Positions 9,619-19,300 of a DNA stretch of 64,000 nt are shown here, in pieces (position 1 is the stretch's first letter; each line of letters begins with the position of its first letter). The position numbers were made by a program, and so were the translations under genes. Under the pieces are notes generated by a model that was not told the DNA's origin, ran no database searches, and saw only the letters and a program-made list of their open reading frames with translations. The DNA is from Candidatus Doudnabacteria bacterium (GTDB lineage: Bacteria; Patescibacteriota; Doudnabacteria; UBA920): NCBI GenBank assembly GCA_963837465.1, contig CAWINB010000004.1, forward strand, positions 394,853-458,852, read 5' to 3'.

Positions 9619-9846
9619 TTAAGCGGTTTGTTTTTTTCCGCTGGCGAACCAGGAGTAAATGAACAGGGCCGCAGCTACAATTACGGCGGCCAGGCCGTGT
9701 TTGCGGTGGACGGTGTTTGAGCCGGTTTGGTGGCCGGGAAAAAACGTCGGCAGAGAGCCGGCGGTGCGGGCAAAGTAAAACCCGGCTATGATTAAAAAGA
9801 TAATACCCAAAATTACGGACGCGCCGACAAGGAATTTTTTGCTCAT
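9619..9846 (-). CDS. small two-TM membrane protein, hypothetical
   Basis: It has 75 aa and two hydrophobic helices. Confidence 0.3.
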   Translation of the reverse strand: MSKKFLVGASVILGIIFLIIAGFYFARTAGSLPTFFPGHQTGSNTVHRKHGLAAVIVAAALFIYSWFASGKKQTA

Positions 9847-9900
9847 AAAACAATCTATTTTTAATAGTTTAATTTATTATAGAGGATTTTAAGCGAGGGG

Positions 9901-9960
9901 GCTAGCTAATCAGCATATCAGATGATCAGCTAATTAGCTGGCGCACCTGATTGGCTGGCC
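9901..9960. promoter_or_regulatory. cluster of palindromes (agctaattagct perfect 12-mer; gctagctaatcag / ctgattggctggc) upstream of the His-rich membrane protein gene
   Basis: A perfect 12-bp palindrome with flanking inverted repeats lies 60-120 bp upstream of the ATG at 10020. Confidence 0.3.
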
Positions 9961-10019
9961 AAAATTGGCGTATAATTTAAAAAAGTGTATACTAAAGAGA
10001 ACTTAAAATTAATCAAAAA

Positions 10020-10688
10020 ATGATGATAATGAACAGTAAAAATAATTTCAAGAATACTGTTATCCTATGGCTGCCTTTTGCGGCCATGATAGTAATTTTT
10101 TCCGGGTTGGTTTACGGCGCTGCGCAGCAAAATTACAGACAATCGGCCAATGACCCGCAAATCCAGATTGCCGAAGACGTGGCCTCGGCCATTTCCGCCG
10201 GCACTACGGCTCCGGACGCCATTGTGCCACCCAACCCGACCACGGATATGTCGCCGAGTCTGGCAACTTTTTTAATAGTTTACAGCGCCACCGGCACTCC
10301 GATTGGTTCTTCCGTGGAATTGGACGGTAAAATTCCGTCTTTGCCGGCCGGTGTTACAGACTCCACCCTGCTCCACGGCGAAGACCGTTTTACCTGGCAG
10401 CCCCAGCCGGGCGTAAGGATTGCGGCGGTTGTTACCCATTACACTGGGCAGGTTTCCGGTTTTGTGTTGGCCGGCCGCTCTATAAGGGAAGTGGAGCTGC
10501 GTGAAAAGCAACTGGAAATTATGACCGGCATAGCCGCGCTGGCCGCTTTAATCGTAACTTTTTTACTGCTGCTTTGGGTGGTATGGATGGGCCGCTCAGC
10601 CTCTGAACACGAAGGTCATAGCCATATGGACGGCCATGATGATGAGCGCCATCACCAGCATCACGAACATAAAGAAGACAAGGAATAG
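10020..10688 (+). CDS. membrane protein with His-rich C-terminal tail (possible metal binding), hypothetical
   Basis: It has N- and C-terminal TM helices, and the tail reads SEHEGHSHMDGHDDERHHQHHEHKEDKE. Confidence 0.4.
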   Translation: MMIMNSKNNFKNTVILWLPFAAMIVIFSGLVYGAAQQNYRQSANDPQIQIAEDVASAISAGTTAPDAIVPPNPTTDMSPSLATFLIVYSATGTPIGSSVELDGKIPSLPAGVTDSTLLHGEDRFTWQPQPGVRIAAVVTHYTGQVSGFVLAGRSIREVELREKQLEIMTGIAALAALIVTFLLLLWVVWMGRSASEHEGHSHMDGHDDERHHQHHEHKEDKE

Positions 10689-10705
10689 CAGAAGTCCTCA
10701 AATTA

Positions 10706-12200
10706 AAGGCAAATAAAAAGCAAGCGCACTGTTTCCAGCGGCGCAGTAGTTTCTAATCAAGACATGGCCCCTATCCGCCAGCGGCCATTTTTTGATGTTC
10801 CTTAAGTTTAATGTTTTTAAATACTGCTGACTTTGCTTCCTGCATAAGTTTTGCCCATCCGTTATGGCTGTGGCCGGTGCTGATGTCATCCAGTTGTTTT
10901 TCCGTCCGTCCTGGGGCAAGGTAGCGTGTCCAATTATCCAGAGTCTTCAGTTTGGCATAGGGAGTTAAGTAAATATCATATTTTTTCTTTTCCTTGCCCT
11001 TATGGTCAACCGTGGTGGTGGCAAAGCCGCAGGGTCTGTGGAAGTTCAGGTAAGGGTTAAAAAACTTCTGGTAAAATTCGTTAATCTCCTGCGCGTAGGT
11101 TTTCGGGATATGAGTGTAGCCCATATACTTTCTGATGACACTGCCGTTCTTGCTTTCCACTAAGGCATTGTCATTGCAGTGCCTGCTTCGTGATTTTGTC
11201 TGTTTAATAACTAACCTTCTAAGAATATCAGCTACCGTGTAATTAATGTTCTCGCTACCGTTGTCAGAGTGGAAGTTAATTACTGTAAAGGGAAACATTT
11301 GCTGCAACTGTTCAAATATGGGTTTTAAATGCAGCTCGGAAATCGTTTCCACACAGAAGACCATTTCCCATTGGGTGACTTCATCCACCAGGTTTAAGTG
11401 GTAAATACCTTTCTCATACTTGCCCAAAGCCAGCTTACGGTCGCCCTGATGCACGGTATCCACCCGCAGATAGCCCGGAATGCCCATATTGTCGGGTCTT
11501 CTTCTAATACCAATCGGGGTGCTTACTGGATCGGTTATGGTAAAGGTGGTGGAGTGGCTGGTGTAAATTCTTTTAACTCGCAGATTGTAGATATGGGAAA
11601 CGGAAATATCTTTTAGTCTTTTAAACCGTTCGTCACCGAATATTTCATATTCAGCCATTAGGATCTGTTTGGTGGCATGGGCATTCATTCGTTGGTGCAG
11701 ATTATCGGTTTCAGCCAGCAATAGTATTTCTGCCGGGCCATAAACAGTAACAAACCGGTTTTTCTTGCCCCAATTCGGGGACAAGGCCACTAACCCACTT
11801 CCTCTCTTGTTGGTAATCAGTCGTTTTAGCTGTCTGCCCGACATGCCGGTCATCCGTTGGATATATTCCTTAATCTGCCCCTTGTCTTTTTTGCCTTTAA
11901 GCCGGACATAGCCAAACTTGTTTAAGACGTTGTTAATCCATTCATATTTCTCCTTTCTGGAAACTGAGGTAAAATTAATTGCTGTATTGACCTTTAGAAA
12001 TTCCTTGATTTGAGCTATGCTCGTAACGCTTAAGTCTGTCATATCGATTGTCATCAAGTCAGTGTGGCAGGCTTATGCTCTTTGTACAGCTTCCGGGCAA
12101 CCCTCCGGTTTCAGCAATTGGGGTACCGTCCTCCTTTAGAGGCTGTCTCAAAGATAGGGGCCATGTTCCATTGTATAAGACTGGCGCTTGCTTTTTTGGC
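10706..12200 (-). mobile_element. IS element carrying an rve (integrase-core) DDE transposase, with imperfect terminal inverted repeats
   Basis: Left end ...aaaaagcaagcgc...acatggccc (10706-10770) and right end gggccatgt...gcgcttgctttttt (12150-12200) form inverted repeats. Confidence 0.45.
10771..12057 (-). CDS. DDE transposase, integrase-core (rve) superfamily
   Basis: The N-terminus is HTH-like, and the catalytic region has DTVHQ ... HSDNGSE ... LVESKNG (a D, D, E arrangement typical of the rve fold). Confidence 0.75.
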   Translation of the reverse strand: MMTIDMTDLSVTSIAQIKEFLKVNTAINFTSVSRKEKYEWINNVLNKFGYVRLKGKKDKGQIKEYIQRMTGMSGRQLKRLITNKRGSGLVALSPNWGKKNRFVTVYGPAEILLLAETDNLHQRMNAHATKQILMAEYEIFGDERFKRLKDISVSHIYNLRVKRIYTSHSTTFTITDPVSTPIGIRRRPDNMGIPGYLRVDTVHQGDRKLALGKYEKGIYHLNLVDEVTQWEMVFCVETISELHLKPIFEQLQQMFPFTVINFHSDNGSENINYTVADILRRLVIKQTKSRSRHCNDNALVESKNGSVIRKYMGYTHIPKTYAQEINEFYQKFFNPYLNFHRPCGFATTTVDHKGKEKKKYDIYLTPYAKLKTLDNWTRYLAPGRTEKQLDDISTGHSHNGWAKLMQEAKSAVFKNIKLKEHQKMAAGG

Positions 12201-12349
12201 CAATATCGGCTATAATGAGTTTATCATCTTCGATTAAGTGTTTTAGGAACTTAGGCTTTTAGTTCATCTAGAGTTTAATCCAAGCATCAATCGTTTATAA
12301 TATTTAGTTAAGAGTGTAAGGTGAGCTCTTAGATGAAAGCCTAATGTAA

Positions 12350-12727
12350 ATGGCTAAGAAATTATTTGTCGGCGGAATCCCGTGGGCGACCACTTCCGAC
12401 GATTTGCAGGCTCTGTTCAGCCAGCACGGTAATATTACGTCCGCTACCGTTATTAGCGACAAAATGACCGGCAGAAGCCGCGGTTTTGGTTTCGTTGAAT
12501 TTGAAAACGACGCCGAAGCGGACGCAGCTGTTGCGGCCTTAAACAATTCCGACTACAACGGACGCACCTTGGTAGTTAAGGAAGCTCGTCCTTTGGAAGA
12601 CAGACCAAAACGCAGTTTTGGCGGCGGCAGTGGCGGCGGCTACGGCGGCGGTTCCCGCGGTGGTAATGGCGGAGGCTACGGTGGTGGCAATTCCGGCGGA
12701 GGCTACGGCCGACGCGACCAGTACTAA
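12350..12727 (+). CDS. RRM-type glycine-rich RNA-binding protein
   Basis: RNP2 (LFVGGI) and RNP1 (RGFGFVEF) motifs are present, followed by a C-terminal GGGYGGG repeat tail. Confidence 0.85.
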   Translation: MAKKLFVGGIPWATTSDDLQALFSQHGNITSATVISDKMTGRSRGFGFVEFENDAEADAAVAALNNSDYNGRTLVVKEARPLEDRPKRSFGGGSGGGYGGGSRGGNGGGYGGGNSGGGYGRRDQY

Positions 12728-12788
12728 AGATTTGTTTTTATTACAAATTTTATAGATCGCTAATTCCCTAAACTTTGGGAATTAATTA

Positions 12789-12818
12789 AAACTCCCCGAA
12801 AGGGGAGTTTTAATTTTG
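12789..12818 (+). terminator. rho-independent terminator
   Basis: A perfect hairpin (aaaactcccc gaaa ggggagtttt) is followed by aatttt. Confidence 0.7.
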
Positions 12819-13046
12819 CTCTGTCAATTAGTCTGGGCAGGCGGCTCTTGTTTTTATACAGGATTGACGGACAAATTGCCTTTGTGCTATAAAGACTATC
12901 AGCCTTGTCCTTTAAAAATAAGCTAATTTAGCAGGCATTAACTTGTTAGGGATGTAGTTTTTTCGCGATGGATTTCCGCGGGCGCGACTCGCTAACAAGT
13001 GTCCGCCCGCTAAACCAATTTTGTCTAACAGAGAGGAAGAGGGAAA

Positions 13047-13436
13047 ATGGTACGTTTTATAATCTTGCTTGTTGCAGTAACATTGATAGTTGCCTTTGTC
13101 GGCTACTACGAATTGCGTCCCGCCGCTTTGATGGCTGTCACCATCGATAGCCACGACCCTATACTGAAACATGCGGTTGTCGTTGAGACTCAAAAGTCGC
13201 ACACCACGACTTTTGAGCCGGGTAAAGCTACAGCGCGCGCCGACGATCAGCTAATAGTTGTCGTAAAGTACAAAAAAGACGACCCGTCACATGACGGGGT
13301 AGGTGCTTACGAAGTATCGTTTATTTGTGATACTCAAGAGGGCAGATTTCTCAAGGTCGCCAGTCAAGGGGATGCCTTGTTCGCAAGCCTGGACGGAGAG
13401 GCTTGCGGAGTAAGCTCCCAATACATAAAGTGGTAA
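13047..13436 (+). CDS. hypothetical exported protein with N-terminal TM anchor
   Basis: A hydrophobic N-terminus is present and no motif is recognisable. Confidence 0.35.
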   Translation: MVRFIILLVAVTLIVAFVGYYELRPAALMAVTIDSHDPILKHAVVVETQKSHTTTFEPGKATARADDQLIVVVKYKKDDPSHDGVGAYEVSFICDTQEGRFLKVASQGDALFASLDGEACGVSSQYIKW

Positions 13437-13577
13437 CAGCGGCGGCAGCGGGGGAAGACGAACTGCAAACAGTATTAATGTTTGCCCGATCTTCTCCCAG
13501 CCCTTTTAAGTTCATCGATAAGTGATGGATTTGGAAGGGTTTTTTTATTTTTTTTTAGAATATGCTAATATATTTGT

Positions 13578-13991
13578 ATGAATACCAAACATAAATACGA
13601 TGTGATTGTGCTTTTTGGGCTTTTGGGTTTTGCTGTGAGTTTGTATTTGTCGATTACTCATTATTTGGGCTTTACGGTGCCTTGTAATGTTACGCACGGT
13701 TGTGAAATTGTTTTAACCAGCAAGTATTCGGTTTTTTTGGGGTTGCCTGTGGCTGTGTGGGGGGCTGGCTATTTTACGGCCGTTATTTTTTCCGCGCTTT
13801 TGGCCAATCACTATCTGTTTTGGAGGAGGGTAGTGACTGTGCTTTTGTCGGTTGGGGCGCTGGTTTCTTTAGGGCTATTGAGCATCCAATTTTTTGTCTT
13901 AAAAAAGGTTTGCCAGTACTGTTTTACTACAGATTTAACCACCCTACTTCTGTTCTTTTGGGATTTGAATGTTAATTTTAGCAAACCTTAA
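13578..13991 (+). CDS. vitamin K epoxide reductase (VKOR)/DsbB-like membrane thiol-oxidoreductase family protein
   Basis: It has four TM helices, a CxxC (KVCQYC) within a TM segment, and a Cys pair (CNVTHGC) in the first loop. Confidence 0.6.
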   Translation: MNTKHKYDVIVLFGLLGFAVSLYLSITHYLGFTVPCNVTHGCEIVLTSKYSVFLGLPVAVWGAGYFTAVIFSALLANHYLFWRRVVTVLLSVGALVSLGLLSIQFFVLKKVCQYCFTTDLTTLLLFFWDLNVNFSKP

Positions 13992-14211
13992 ATTTAGCCT
14001 TGTTTAAGGCATATTTTGTATTAGCTAAAAGAGCAATTTTCTGAAATTTGCCCTTTTCTTTTTGCCCAAAAACGGTTATAATTTAAGGGTAGACTTTATT
14101 AGAAATAGCTGTTAAAAACAGCCCAATGAATTGGGCGCGCTACATTTATACTCTCTTGCTAAATTAATTCCGAAATGTTAGAATAAGGCCAAGAGCCTTA
14201 ACCCTAACAAA

Positions 14212-14631
14212 ATGTACCAAATAAAACTGTCCGTCAGTGAGCTTAAAAAGATTAAACAACTTCAGGAACAGGAAAAAAATGTCAGAGTTCTGCGCCGTCT
14301 GGAGGCCATAAAGTTACTGAACCAGGGGCAAAACCATCAGGAGATCGCGGAAGCGTTTAATGTCTGCGTGGATACGATTACAGACTGGATAAAAATCTAT
14401 CAATCCGAGAAACTACAGGGACTACGCAAGCTACAATTTAAAGATAAACGGAAGTCAAAAATTAATGATTATGTAGACCAAATCAAACAAGATGTAAAAG
14501 ACAACACTATTACGACTTTAGCTGAAATGCAGGCCTGGATTAAGGAAAAATATTCAATTGAGATGGAACAAAGCTGGCTGTTTCGCTGCTGTAAAAAAAA
14601 CTCAATTTATCTTACAAAAAAACCCATATAG
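14212..14631 (+). CDS. IS630 transposase N-terminal (HTH) portion, orfA
   Basis: An HTH-like segment (QNHQEIAEAFNVCVDTITDWI) is present; the reading frame is split from the downstream DDE portion. Confidence 0.7.
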   Translation: MYQIKLSVSELKKIKQLQEQEKNVRVLRRLEAIKLLNQGQNHQEIAEAFNVCVDTITDWIKIYQSEKLQGLRKLQFKDKRKSKINDYVDQIKQDVKDNTITTLAEMQAWIKEKYSIEMEQSWLFRCCKKNSIYLTKKPI

Positions 14632-14672
14632 TTCCCAGCGGCGCGCCTGACAGAGAGACCCAGGAAGATTTT

Positions 14673-15248
14673 GTGAAATTAATCTTTAAAACCATAAAGA
14701 AAGCTGATAAAGACAAAGGCATCGTGCTGTTTTTAGACCCCGCTCACCTGGTCCATAATGCTGACAATAGCTACTGCTGGCAACTTAAAGGTAAAAGTGA
14801 AACTAAAAAGGTTCCTTCAAACAGCGGCCGGGAAAGATTAACTGTTATTGGCGCTATCAACCCCGTAGCTTTTAAACCCACTATTTTGACGACCGAAGAT
14901 AACTGTGACGGGCAAATGATGACAATATTCTTAGGGGAAGTCAGAAAAGATTATCCTAAAGCTAAAACCATATACATTTTCCTGGATAACGCCAAGTACA
15001 ACCATAGCAAGCAGGCCAACGAGGAAGCGAAACATCTGGGCATTGAGCTGTTGTTCCTGCCGCCGTATTCTCCCAACTTAAACTTGATTGAACGCCTCTG
15101 GAAATTCATGAAAAAGAAAGTTAAAGCCAACAAGTACTACAAAACCTTTCAGGAGTTTACAATCGCCATACATGATTTCTTTAAAAACATATCTCAGTAC
15201 AAAGCGGAGCTTAAAACACTATTAACTCTTAATTTTGAAATTATATAA
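14673..15248 (+). CDS. IS630 transposase DDE catalytic portion, orfB (split or frameshifted from orfA)
   Basis: Catalytic motifs VLFLDPAH, IFLDNAKYNHSK and LPPYSPNLNLIE match the IS630 D, D(34)E arrangement. Confidence 0.75.
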   Translation: MKLIFKTIKKADKDKGIVLFLDPAHLVHNADNSYCWQLKGKSETKKVPSNSGRERLTVIGAINPVAFKPTILTTEDNCDGQMMTIFLGEVRKDYPKAKTIYIFLDNAKYNHSKQANEEAKHLGIELLFLPPYSPNLNLIERLWKFMKKKVKANKYYKTFQEFTIAIHDFFKNISQYKAELKTLLTLNFEII

Positions 15249-15293
15249 TCGGAATTAATTTAGCAAGAGAGTATACATCAATATTATCTTTGG

Positions 15294-15354
15294 ATCTGGA
15301 TCCCGGATATTTTTTACAGCTTGCGATAACCATCAAGGTAAAAAATTCCGGGAT
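15294..15354 (+). repeat. palindromic repeat family 1, copy A (ggatcccggatatttttt-N23-aaaaaattccgggatg)
   Basis: The inverted arms cccggatatttttt / aaaaaattccggg are shared with copies at 22349-22410 and 23723-23783; the internal 23-mer is about 85% identical to the copy B reverse complement. Confidence 0.8.
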
Positions 15355-15376
15355 GACACAACGGAGTTTCAGCGTT

Positions 15377-16003
15377 ATGCAAATACAATACTTCGGTTTA
15401 TCCTCATTTAAAATCACCACCAAAGAAGCCACAATTATTACCGACCCGTTCCATAAAGATTCCGGGCTTACCCCACCACGGGGAGCGACGGAAGTTTTAA
15501 TTTTGGCTGAAAAAAACAGCAAGCTTTATTCCGCCACTTCCGGAATTTCCGGCGAGCATTTTGATATTACCGATCCCGGCGAATACGACGTCAAAGGCGT
15601 AACCGTAACCGGCATCCCGTTAAAACAGGAAGGCAAATACGTTACAATCTTTTTAATAGAAAGCGAAGACATCAGGATTTTAAACCTGACCCACATTAAG
15701 GAGTTTAATATTAAGGAAGATGAGCTGGAAGAGCTGGGCGATATAGACATCTTGATTTTGCCGGTCGGCGGCAACACCGTAATGTCGGCTTCGGCGGCAT
15801 CCAAAGCCGTTGCCGAAGTTGAGCCTAAGCTGGTTATTCCGTCGCACTATAAAATGGCAGATTTAATTTTAGACCTGGACCCGTTGGAAAAATTTATAAA
15901 AGAGATGGGCGGCAAAAAAGAAGAAATGGAAAAACTCACGGTAAAGAAAAAAGATTTGCAGGAAGAGGGAATAAAGGTAGTGGTGCTGGAGCCGTTAAGG
16001 TAG
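15377..16003 (+). CDS. metallo-beta-lactamase-fold metal-dependent hydrolase (UPF0173-like)
   Basis: The likely true start is MQIQYFGLSSFKI at 15377 (the ORF track starts at 15290, inside the repeat). Typical ...ILILPVGG and VIPSHY segments are present. Confidence 0.65.
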   Translation: MQIQYFGLSSFKITTKEATIITDPFHKDSGLTPPRGATEVLILAEKNSKLYSATSGISGEHFDITDPGEYDVKGVTVTGIPLKQEGKYVTIFLIESEDIRILNLTHIKEFNIKEDELEELGDIDILILPVGGNTVMSASAASKAVAEVEPKLVIPSHYKMADLILDLDPLEKFIKEMGGKKEEMEKLTVKKKDLQEEGIKVVVLEPLR

Positions 16004-16004
16004 A

Positions 16005-16086
16005 CAGCGTATAGCGGTTAGGGTATAGCGTTTAGTGCCGACCCTTGACCGCCCTATACGCTAAACGCTAACCCCTATAGGCTAAA
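16005..16086. repeat. palindromic repeat family 2, copy E (ttagcgtttag ... ctaaacgctaa)
   Basis: Arms cggttagggtatagcgtttag and ctaaacgctaacccctatagg are inverted; a related copy lies at 38511-38584. Confidence 0.7.
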
Positions 16087-16289
16087 TGTCCCTAATTCAA
16101 AACATCCAAAAAAAATCCCAAAGTCAAAAACTGGCAATTATGTGGGCCGTGGCCGGAATTGTAGCGGTGTTGCTGGTGGCTGTTTGGGTTATCAGCTCCC
16201 ACTTCCACAAAAACGTACCCGAAGACACAACATTATTCCAAACTATAGGTAAGGGGATTGAGGGTGTGAGAGATAATTATAAGAAATAA
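16086..16289 (+). CDS. small membrane protein, hypothetical
   Basis: A single TM helix is present. Confidence 0.25.
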   Translation: MSLIQNIQKKSQSQKLAIMWAVAGIVAVLLVAVWVISSHFHKNVPEDTTLFQTIGKGIEGVRDNYKK

Positions 16290-16294
16290 TACAA

Positions 16295-16600
16295 ATGATA
16301 CCGGAAGGAAAATATGTTAACAGGGCTTCTCTGGAAGTTATTAAGCCTGTATTATCAGAAATACAAAAAGATAATTTACGTCTGCTAAGCGGTGAGTTAG
16401 ACGAATTAGTTAAATCCTTATATGGCAAAGGAGATGTCAATTCTATAAACCATATTACCGGCGAAATACTGCGACAACAAAAACGGGATATACCTAATGC
16501 GGCTTTAATTGACGGCCTCAATTTGCAGCTAATGGCAGCTTATGCCCCCATTATAATAAACTTGGTTATTTTGTTCGAAACGATTTGCCACAAGCCCTAA
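16295..16600 (+). CDS. hypothetical protein
   Basis: The ORF is in line with neighbours upstream of gyrA and has no motif. Confidence 0.2.
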   Translation: MIPEGKYVNRASLEVIKPVLSEIQKDNLRLLSGELDELVKSLYGKGDVNSINHITGEILRQQKRDIPNAALIDGLNLQLMAAYAPIIINLVILFETICHKP

Positions 16601-16788
16601 TTGATTATCTTAGTAGTCAGGAAATTGATTTAAAAACTTTTCCATCCGATATGTTAAAATCAGTCGCGGGATTAATCTCCCAAGATTTAACGGCAAGTAA
16701 GGAGTCAGAGAATAATAAGTTTAGGTTGCCCGTATGGATAGAGAAAGTCCAAAAAATTCAATTAGCAGTTAAACAATTATTTTAAAAA

Positions 16789-19257
16789 ATGCCCAAAGAT
16801 TCAAAAGCGGAATTATCGGCTGATATCGGGGAGATAAAACCCCGCGATATCCAGACGGAAATGCAGGAGTCGTATTTGGATTACGCGATGAGCGTAATTG
16901 TTAGTCGCGCGTTGCCGGATGTGCGCGACGGGCTTAAGCCCGTGCACCGCCGAATTTTGTATGTCATGCACGAACTGGGACTTCGGCACAATGTTAAATT
17001 CCGCAAAAGCGCGGCGGTAGTTGGTGATGTTTTAGGTAAGTATCATCCTCACGGCGACATTTCCGTGTACGACGCCATGGTCCATATGGCCCAGTTGTTT
17101 GCCATGCGCTATCCATTAATAGACGGCCAGGGAAACTTTGGCAGTATGGACGGCGATGGTCCGGCCGCTATGAGATACACCGAGGCGCGTATGTCGGCGC
17201 TGGCCGAAGAATTGCTGACGGATTTGGACAAAGAAACCGTAGCCTGGCGCGACAACTACGATGCCACCAGAAAAGAGCCGGTCGTACTGCCTGGCAAAGT
17301 CCCCAACCTGTTGCTTAACGGCACACTCGGGATTGCCGTAGGCATGGCCACGGACATTCCGCCCCACAATTTAACTGAAATTTGCGACGCTATTGTTAAA
17401 CTTATAGAAGATCCCGAAGCCACCACCGAAGACCTGATGGAATTCGTTAAAGGCCCGGATTTTCCCACCGGCGGCATTATTTACGATGTCGCCGCCATAA
17501 AAAACGCCTACGCCACCGGCAAGGGCGGCATTGTCATGCGCGGCAAAACGGAAATTGTGGAAAGTAAAAGCGGCGCTTACCAGATTTTGGTGCACGAAAT
17601 CCCCTATCGCGTCAACAAAGCCACGCTGCTGGAAAAAATTGCCGAACTGGTGCGCGACAAAAAAATTGAGGGCATCCGCGACGTGCGCGATGAAAGCGAC
17701 AAAGACGGCGTGCGTATTGTGGTGGACGTAAAAAAGGACGGCCTGCCCAATAAAATTTTAAACCAGCTGTTTTCCTACACCCAGCTGCAGGAAACTTTTC
17801 ATTTAAATATGCTGGCTTTGGTGGATGGTATTGAACCGCACGTTTTAAATTTAAAGACAGTGCTGGAAAAATTCCTGGAACACCGCCAGATTGTGGTAAA
17901 ACGCAGGACGGCTTATGAACTTAAAAAAGCCAAGGAGCGCGCCCATATTTTGGAGGGTTTAAAAAAGGCCCTGGACCATATTGACGAGGTCATCAGCATT
18001 ATCCGCAAAAGCCCGACCAAGGAAGAGGCCAAAGTTAACCTGATGGCCAAGTTTAAGCTGACGGAAATCCAGACCGACGCGATTTTGGAAATGCGTTTGC
18101 AAACTTTGGCCGGCTTGGAACGCAAAAAAATTGAAGATGAGCTAAATGAAAAAAAACTGTTGATTGAAGAACTGGAAGGGATTTTGCAGTCAGCCAAAAA
18201 AATACTGGGAATTATAAAAAAAGAAGTGCTGGAATTGAAGGATAAATACGGCGACGAGCGACGCACCCAGGTTATAAAAAACGCCATCGGTTCTTTTTCG
18301 GCCGAAGATTTAATCCCGGACAGCGATGTCATAATTACCGTAACCAAATCCGGCTATGTTAAACGTCTGGCGCCGGACACCTACAAACAGCAGGCGCGCG
18401 GCGGCAAGGGCGTTATCGGCCAGAGTTTAAAGGAAGAAGATGTCGTGGATAAACTTATTTCTTCCAACACCCACGATGACATTTTATTTTTCACCAACAA
18501 GGGCAGGGTGTTCCAGACCAAAGTTTACGAACTGCCGGAAGGTTCGCGCACGGCCAAGGGCCAGGCTTTGGTTAATTTTTTGCAGCTGCAGAACAACGAA
18601 ACCGCCCAGGCCATTTTAACTTTTTCCAAAAAAGACCAGGCCAAATTTTTGGTCATGGCCACCAAAAAAGGTTTGATAAAAAAAGTGGCGCGCGAGGAAT
18701 TCGCCAAAGTTCGCAAAAGCGGCATGATTGCCCTTAATCTTAAAGGCGATGACGAATTAAAATGGGTTCAAACTTCCTCCGGCGAAGACCAGATTATGCT
18801 GTCCACGGAAAACGGCCAGGCCATCCGCTTTAACGAAAAAGACGTGCGCGCCATGGGCAGAAACGCCAGTGGCGTTGGCGGCATGCGCATAAAAAAAGAC
18901 GACAATATCATAAGCATGGATGTAATCCGCAAGTCCGTGGATGTTAAAACTCTGGAAGTTTTGGTGGTTACGGAAAACGGCTTGGGCAAAAAAACCGAAG
19001 CTTCTTATTATAAAACCCAAAACCGCGGCGGCAGCGGCATAAAAACTTTAAAAGTTACTCCCAAAACCGGCAAGATCGTGGCTATGTACATTTTAAACAA
19101 CAGCGAAGAGCATGACTTGGTTATAATTTCCAAAATGGGCCAAACCATCCGCACATCCCTTAACTCCGTCTCCACTCTGGGCCGCGCCACCCAGGGCGTC
19201 AGGCTGATGAGGCTGGATGAGGGTGATAAAGTGGCAAGCGCTACTATTATAAATTAA
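16789..19257 (+). CDS. gyrA: DNA gyrase subunit A
   Basis: The N-terminal region has [26 protein letters not shown] and the active-site Tyr region. A GyrA-box-like QQARGGKG is present with C-terminal beta-pinwheel repeats. Confidence 0.9.
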   Translation: MPKDSKAELSADIGEIKPRDIQTEMQESYLDYAMSVIVSRALPDVRDGLKPVHRRILYVMHELGLRHNVKFRKSAAVVGDVLGKYHPHGDISVYDAMVHMAQLFAMRYPLIDGQGNFGSMDGDGPAAMRYTEARMSALAEELLTDLDKETVAWRDNYDATRKEPVVLPGKVPNLLLNGTLGIAVGMATDIPPHNLTEICDAIVKLIEDPEATTEDLMEFVKGPDFPTGGIIYDVAAIKNAYATGKGGIVMRGKTEIVESKSGAYQILVHEIPYRVNKATLLEKIAELVRDKKIEGIRDVRDESDKDGVRIVVDVKKDGLPNKILNQLFSYTQLQETFHLNMLALVDGIEPHVLNLKTVLEKFLEHRQIVVKRRTAYELKKAKERAHILEGLKKALDHIDEVISIIRKSPTKEEAKVNLMAKFKLTEIQTDAILEMRLQTLAGLERKKIEDELNEKKLLIEELEGILQSAKKILGIIKKEVLELKDKYGDERRTQVIKNAIGSFSAEDLIPDSDVIITVTKSGYVKRLAPDTYKQQARGGKGVIGQSLKEEDVVDKLISSNTHDDILFFTNKGRVFQTKVYELPEGSRTAKGQALVNFLQLQNNETAQAILTFSKKDQAKFLVMATKKGLIKKVAREEFAKVRKSGMIALNLKGDDELKWVQTSSGEDQIMLSTENGQAIRFNEKDVRAMGRNASGVGGMRIKKDDNIISMDVIRKSVDVKTLEVLVVTENGLGKKTEASYYKTQNRGGSGIKTLKVTPKTGKIVAMYILNNSEEHDLVIISKMGQTIRTSLNSVSTLGRATQGVRLMRLDEGDKVASATIIN

Positions 19258-19269
19258 GTATAAATTAAG

Positions 19270-19297
19270 CCGGCGCGTGTTGTGAGCGCCGGCTCCT
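19270..19297. terminator. hairpin between convergent gyrA and receiver gene (bidirectional terminator candidate)
   Basis: The hairpin agccggcgc gtgttgtga gcgccggct is flanked by A/T-rich sequence. Confidence 0.45.
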
Positions 19298-19300
19298 TCA

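Larger units (their letters stand above)
14147..15276 (+). mobile_element. IS630/Tc1-mariner-family insertion sequence with perfect 26-bp terminal inverted repeats and TA at the ends
   Basis: Left end tatactctcttgctaaattaattccg (14147-14172) is the exact reverse complement of right end cggaattaatttagcaagagagtata (15250-15276). Confidence 0.8.
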
